DNA from: Heterodontus francisci
Lineage: Eukaryota
Direction of reading: 5' to 3'
Assembly (NCBI RefSeq): GCF_036365525.1
Contig: NC_090378.1
Coordinates: 122,869,593 to 122,933,592 of the forward strand
Length of the DNA stretch: 64,000 bases
The translations under genes were made by a program, and so were the position numbers. The notes under the pieces were generated by a model. That model did not search any database, was not told where the DNA came from, and saw only the letters and a list, made by a program, of their open reading frames with translations. Shown here in pieces: positions 59,501-64,000 of the stretch (positions are counted from its first letter, which is position 1; each line of letters opens with the position of its first letter).

Positions 59501-62500
59501 GTGATGTACCTGAGTACTCAGACTGGATTGCGAAGTGTGATGTACCTCAGTACACAGACTGGATTGTGAAGTGTGATGTACCTGTGTACACAGACTGGAT
59601 TGTGAAGTGTGATGTTCCTGAGTGCACAGACTGGATTGTGAATTGTGATGTACCTGAGTACACAGACTGGATTGTGAAGTGTAATGTACCTGAGCACACA
59701 GACTGGATTGTGAAGTGTGATGTACCTGAGTACACAGACTGGATTGTGAAGTGTGATGTACCTGAGTACACAGACTGGATTGTGAAGTGTAATGTACCTG
59801 AGCACACAGACTGGATTGTGAAGTGTGATGTACCTGAGTACACAGCCCAGATTGTGAAGAGTGACGTACCTGAGTACACAGACTGGATTGTGAAGTGTGA
59901 TGTACCTGAGTACACAGACCGGATTGTGAAGTGTGATGTACCTGAGTACACAGACTGGATTGTGAAGTGTGATGTACCTGAGTACATAGCCCGGATTGTG
60001 AAGAGTGATGTACCTGTGTACACAGACTGCATTGCGAAGTGTGATGTACCTGAGTACACAGACTGGATTGTGAAGTGTGATGTATCTGTGTACACAGACT
60101 GGATTGCGAAGTGTGATGTACCTGAGTACACAGTCTGGTTTGTGAAGTGTTATATACCTTTGTACGCAGACTGGATTGTGAAGTCTGATGTACCTGAGTA
60201 CACAGACTGGATTGTGAAGTGTGATGTACCTGAGTACACAGACTGGATTGTGAAGTGTCATGTACCTGAGTACACAGACTGGATTGTGAAGTGTGATGTA
60301 CCTGAGTGCAGAGACCGGATTGTGAAGTGTGATGTATCTGAGTACACATTTTGGATTGTGAAGTGTGATGTATCTGAGTACACAGACTGGATTGTGAAGC
60401 GTGATGTACCCGAGTACACAGACTGGATTGTGAAGTGTAATGTACCTGAGCACACAGACTGGATTGTGAAGTGTGATGTACCTGAGTACACAGCCCAGAT
60501 TGTGAAGTGTGATGTTCCTGAGTGCACAGACAGGATTGTGAAGTGTGATGTACCTGAGTACACAGACTGGATTGTGAAGTGTGATGTACCTGAGTACACA
60601 GACTGGATTGTGAAGTGTGATGTTCCTGAGTGCACAGACAGGATTGTGAAGTGTGATGTACCTGAGTACACAGACTGGATTGTGAAGTGTGATGTACCTG
60701 AGTACACAGACTGGATTGTGAAGTGTGATGTACCTGAGTACACAGACTGGATTGTGAAGTGTGATGTACCTGAGTACACAGCCCAGATTGTGAAGAGTGA
60801 TGTACCTGAGTACACAGTCTGGATTGTGAAGTGTTATATACCTGAGTACACAGACTGGATTGTGAAGTGTGATGTACATGAGTGCACAGCCAGGATTGTG
60901 AAGTGTGATGTACCTGAGTACACAGACTGGATTGTGAAGTGTGATGTACCTGTGTACACGGACTGGATTGCGAAGTGTGATGTACCTGTGTACACAGACA
61001 GGATTGTGAAGTGTGATGTACCTGAGTACACAGACTGGATTGTGAAGTGTGATGTACCTGAGTACACAGACTGGATTGTGAAGTGTGATGTACCTGAGTA
61101 CACAGACTGGATTGTGAGGTGTGATGTACCTGTGTACACGGACTGGATTGCGAAGTGTGATGTACCTGAGTACACAGACTGGATTGTGAAGTGTGATGTA
61201 CCTGAGTTCACGGACTGGATTGTGAAGTGTGATGTACCTGAGTACACAGACTGGATTGTGAACGGTGATATACCTGAGTACACAGATTGGATTGTGAACG
61301 GTGATGTCTCTGAGTTCACAGTCCGTATTGTGAAGTGTGATATACCTGAGTACACAGACTGGATTGTGAAGTGTGATATACCTGAGTACACAGACTGGAT
61401 TGTGCAGTGTGATATACCTGAGTACACAGACTGGATGGTGAAGTGTGATGTACCTGAGTACTCAGACCGGATTGTGAAGTGTGTTGTACCTGAGTACACA
61501 GACTGGATTGTGAAGTGTGATGTACCTGTGTACACAGACTGGATTGTGAAGTGTGATGTACCTGAGTACACAGACTGGATTGTGAAGTGTGATGTACCTG
61601 AGTACTCAGACTGGATTGCGAAGTGTGATGTACCTCAGTACACAGACTGGATTGTGATGTGTGATGTACCTGAGTACACAGACTGGATTGTGAAGTGTGA
61701 TGTACCTGAGTACTCAGACTGGATTGCGAAGTGTGATGTACCTCAGGACACAGACTGGATTGTGAAGTGTGATGTACCTGTGTACACAGACTGGATTGTG
61801 AAGTGTGATGTTCCTGAGTGCACAGACTGGATTGTGAATTGTGATGTACCTGAGTACACAGACTGGATTGTGAAGTGTAATGTACCTGAGCACACAGACT
61901 GGATTGTGAAGTGTGATGTACCTGAGTACACAGACTGGATTGTGAAGTGTGATGTACCTGAGTACACAGACTGGATTGTGAAGTGTAATGTACCTGAGCA
62001 CACAGACTGGATTGTGAAGTGTGATGTACCTGAGTACACAGCCCAGATTGTGAAGAGTGACGTACCTGAGTACACAGACTGGATTGTGAAGTGTGATGTA
62101 CCTGAGTACACAGACCGGATTGTGAAGTGTGATGTACCTGAGTACACAGACTGGATTGTGAAGTGTGATGTACCTGAGTACATAGCCCGGATTGTGAAGA
62201 GTGATGTACCTGTGTACACAGACTGCATTGCGAAGTGTGATGTACCTGAGTACACAGACTGGATTGTGAAGTGTGATGTATCTGTGTACACAGACTGGAT
62301 TGCGAAGTGTGATGTACCTGAGTACACAGTCTGATTTGTGAAGTGTTATATACCTTTGTACGCAGACTGGATTGTGAAGTCTGATGTACCTGAGTACACA
62401 GACTGGATTGTGAAGTGTGATGTACCTGAGTACACAGACTGGATTGTGAAGTGTCATGTACCTGAGTACACAGACTGGATTGTGAAGTGTGATGTACCTG

Positions 62501-64000
62501 AGTGCAGAGACCACATTGTGAAGTGTGATGTATCTGAGTACACAGTTTGGATTGTGAAGTGTGATGTATCTGAGTACACAGACTGGATTGTGAAGCGTGA
62601 TGTACCCGAGTACACAGACTGGATTGTGAAGTGTAATGTACCTGAGCACACAGACTGGATTGTGAAGTGTGATGTACCTGAGTACACAGCCCAGATTGTG
62701 AAGTGTGATGTTCCTGAGTGCACAGACAGGATTGTGAACTGTGATGTACCTGAGTACACAGACTGGATTGTGAAGTGTGATGTACCTGAGTACACAGACT
62801 GGATTGTGAAGTGTGATGTTCCTGAGTGCACAGACAGGATTGTGAAGTGTGATGTACCTGAGTACACAGACTGGATTGTGAAGTGTGATGTACCTGAGTA
62901 CACAGACTGGATTGTGAAGTGTGATGTACCTGAGTACACAGACTGGATTGTGAAGTGTGATGTACCTGAGTACACAGACTGGATTGTGAAGTGTAATGTA
63001 CCTGAGCACACAGACTGGATTGTGAAGTGTGATGTACCTGAGTACACAGCCCAGATTGTGAAGAGTGATGTACCTGAGTACACAGACTGGATTGTGAAGT
63101 GTGATGTACCTGAGTACACAGACCGGATTGTGAAGTGTGATGTACCTGAGTACACAGACTGGATTGTGAAGTGTGATGTACCTGAGTACATAGCCCGGAT
63201 TGTGAAGAGTGATGTACCTGTGTACACAGACTGCATTGCGAAGTGTGATGTACCTGAGTACACAGACTGGATTGTGAAGTGTGATGTATCTGTGTACACA
63301 GACTGGATTGCGAAGTGTGATGTACCTGAGTACACAGTCTGATTTGTGAAGTGTTATATACCTTTGTACGCAGACTGGATTGTGAAGTCTGATGTACCTG
63401 AGTACACAGACTGGATTGTGAAGTGTGATGTACCTGAGTACACAGACTGGATTGTGAAGTGTCATGTACCTGAGTACACAGACTGGATTGTGAAGTGTGA
63501 TGTACCTGAGTGCAGAGACCGCATTGTGAAGTGTGATGTATCTGAGTACACAGTTTGGATTGTGAAGTGTGATGTATCTGAGTACACAGACTGGATTGTG
63601 AAGCGTGATGTACCCGAGTACACAGACTGGATTGTGAAGTGTAATGTACCTGAGCACACAGACTGGATTGTGAAGTGTGATGTACCTGAGTACACAGCCC
63701 AGATTGTGAAGTGTGATGTTCCTGAGTGCACAGACAGGATTGTGAACTGTGATGTACCTGAGTACACAGACTGGATTGTGAAGTGTGATGTACCTGAGTA
63801 CACAGACTGGATTGTGAAGTGTGATGTTCCTGAGTGCACAGACAGGATTGTGAAGTGTGATGTACCTGAGTACACAGACTGGATTGTGAAGTGTGATGTA
63901 CCTGAGTACACAGACTGGATTGTGAAGTGTGATGTACCTGAGTACACAGCCCAGATTGTGAAGAGTGACGTACCTGAGTACACAGTCTGGATTGTGAAGT
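41514..64000. repeat. 36-bp satellite, about 625 copies, open at the window end, with higher-order repeats
   Basis: Unit TTGTGAAGTGTGATGTACCTGAGTACACAGACTGGA; 12-aa periodicity (IVKCDVPEYTDW) in the ORF track. Confidence 0.99.

Noticed and set aside
41514-64000. Long ORFs (up to 1345 aa) of IVKCDVPEYTDW, SVYSGTSHFTIQ or SSLCTQVHHTSQ repeats as a real repeat protein
   Set aside because: Open on both strands only because the 36-bp unit lacks stops in those frames. Variants introduce stops and +1 frameshifts that are then amplified in HORs, and there is no unique N- or C-terminal domain.
1-64000. V or J segments and canonical RSS
   Set aside because: By eye, no V-domain frame (WYxQ, YYC), no FGxG J motif, and no heptamer-12/23-nonamer pair. 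ACAAAAAC-like hits (about 1723, 3681) lie inside TEs. A formal RSS scan was not run.
7094-64000. Common ancestry of the 45-bp and 36-bp monomers (shared CTGAGT, AGTAC, CCAGT..CTGT)
   Set aside because: Matches are short and expected between TG-rich low-complexity units; no collinear alignment.

Overview
Eukaryotic, repeat-dense DNA from a cartilaginous fish (shark), judged from the Ig sequence and the CR1/DeuSINE/Tx1 repeat content. It contains one real gene segment: an intact immunoglobulin light-chain constant exon (5494-5822, + strand). The exon is kappa / type III / NS4-like and has a splice acceptor, stop codon, 3' UTR and two AATAAA signals. V and J must lie upstream of the window. Most of the rest is nested transposon debris: several CR1-group LINE families (one very young, one apparently full length), a Tx1 LINE, a Gypsy element, a retrovirus-like pol fragment, three hAT MITEs and a spliced Harbinger Myb/SANT gene relic. 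There are also three large tandem arrays: 45 bp (7.1-11.6 kb), 34 bp (18.5-21.9 kb) and 36 bp (41.5 kb to the window end, with higher-order repeats). The long ORFs in these arrays are repeat artefacts. The best candidates for something new are regulatory: (i) about 99 tandem copies of a near-consensus steroid-receptor element (GnACAnnnTGTnC) overlapped by an E-box, about 13 kb 3' of the C exon; (ii) a compact kB-like/CCAAT/CCAAT/octamer-like motif cluster just past the Ig poly(A) sites. Both are motif-level inferences with no functional evidence. No CRISPR array, RNA gene or novel protein-coding system is supported.
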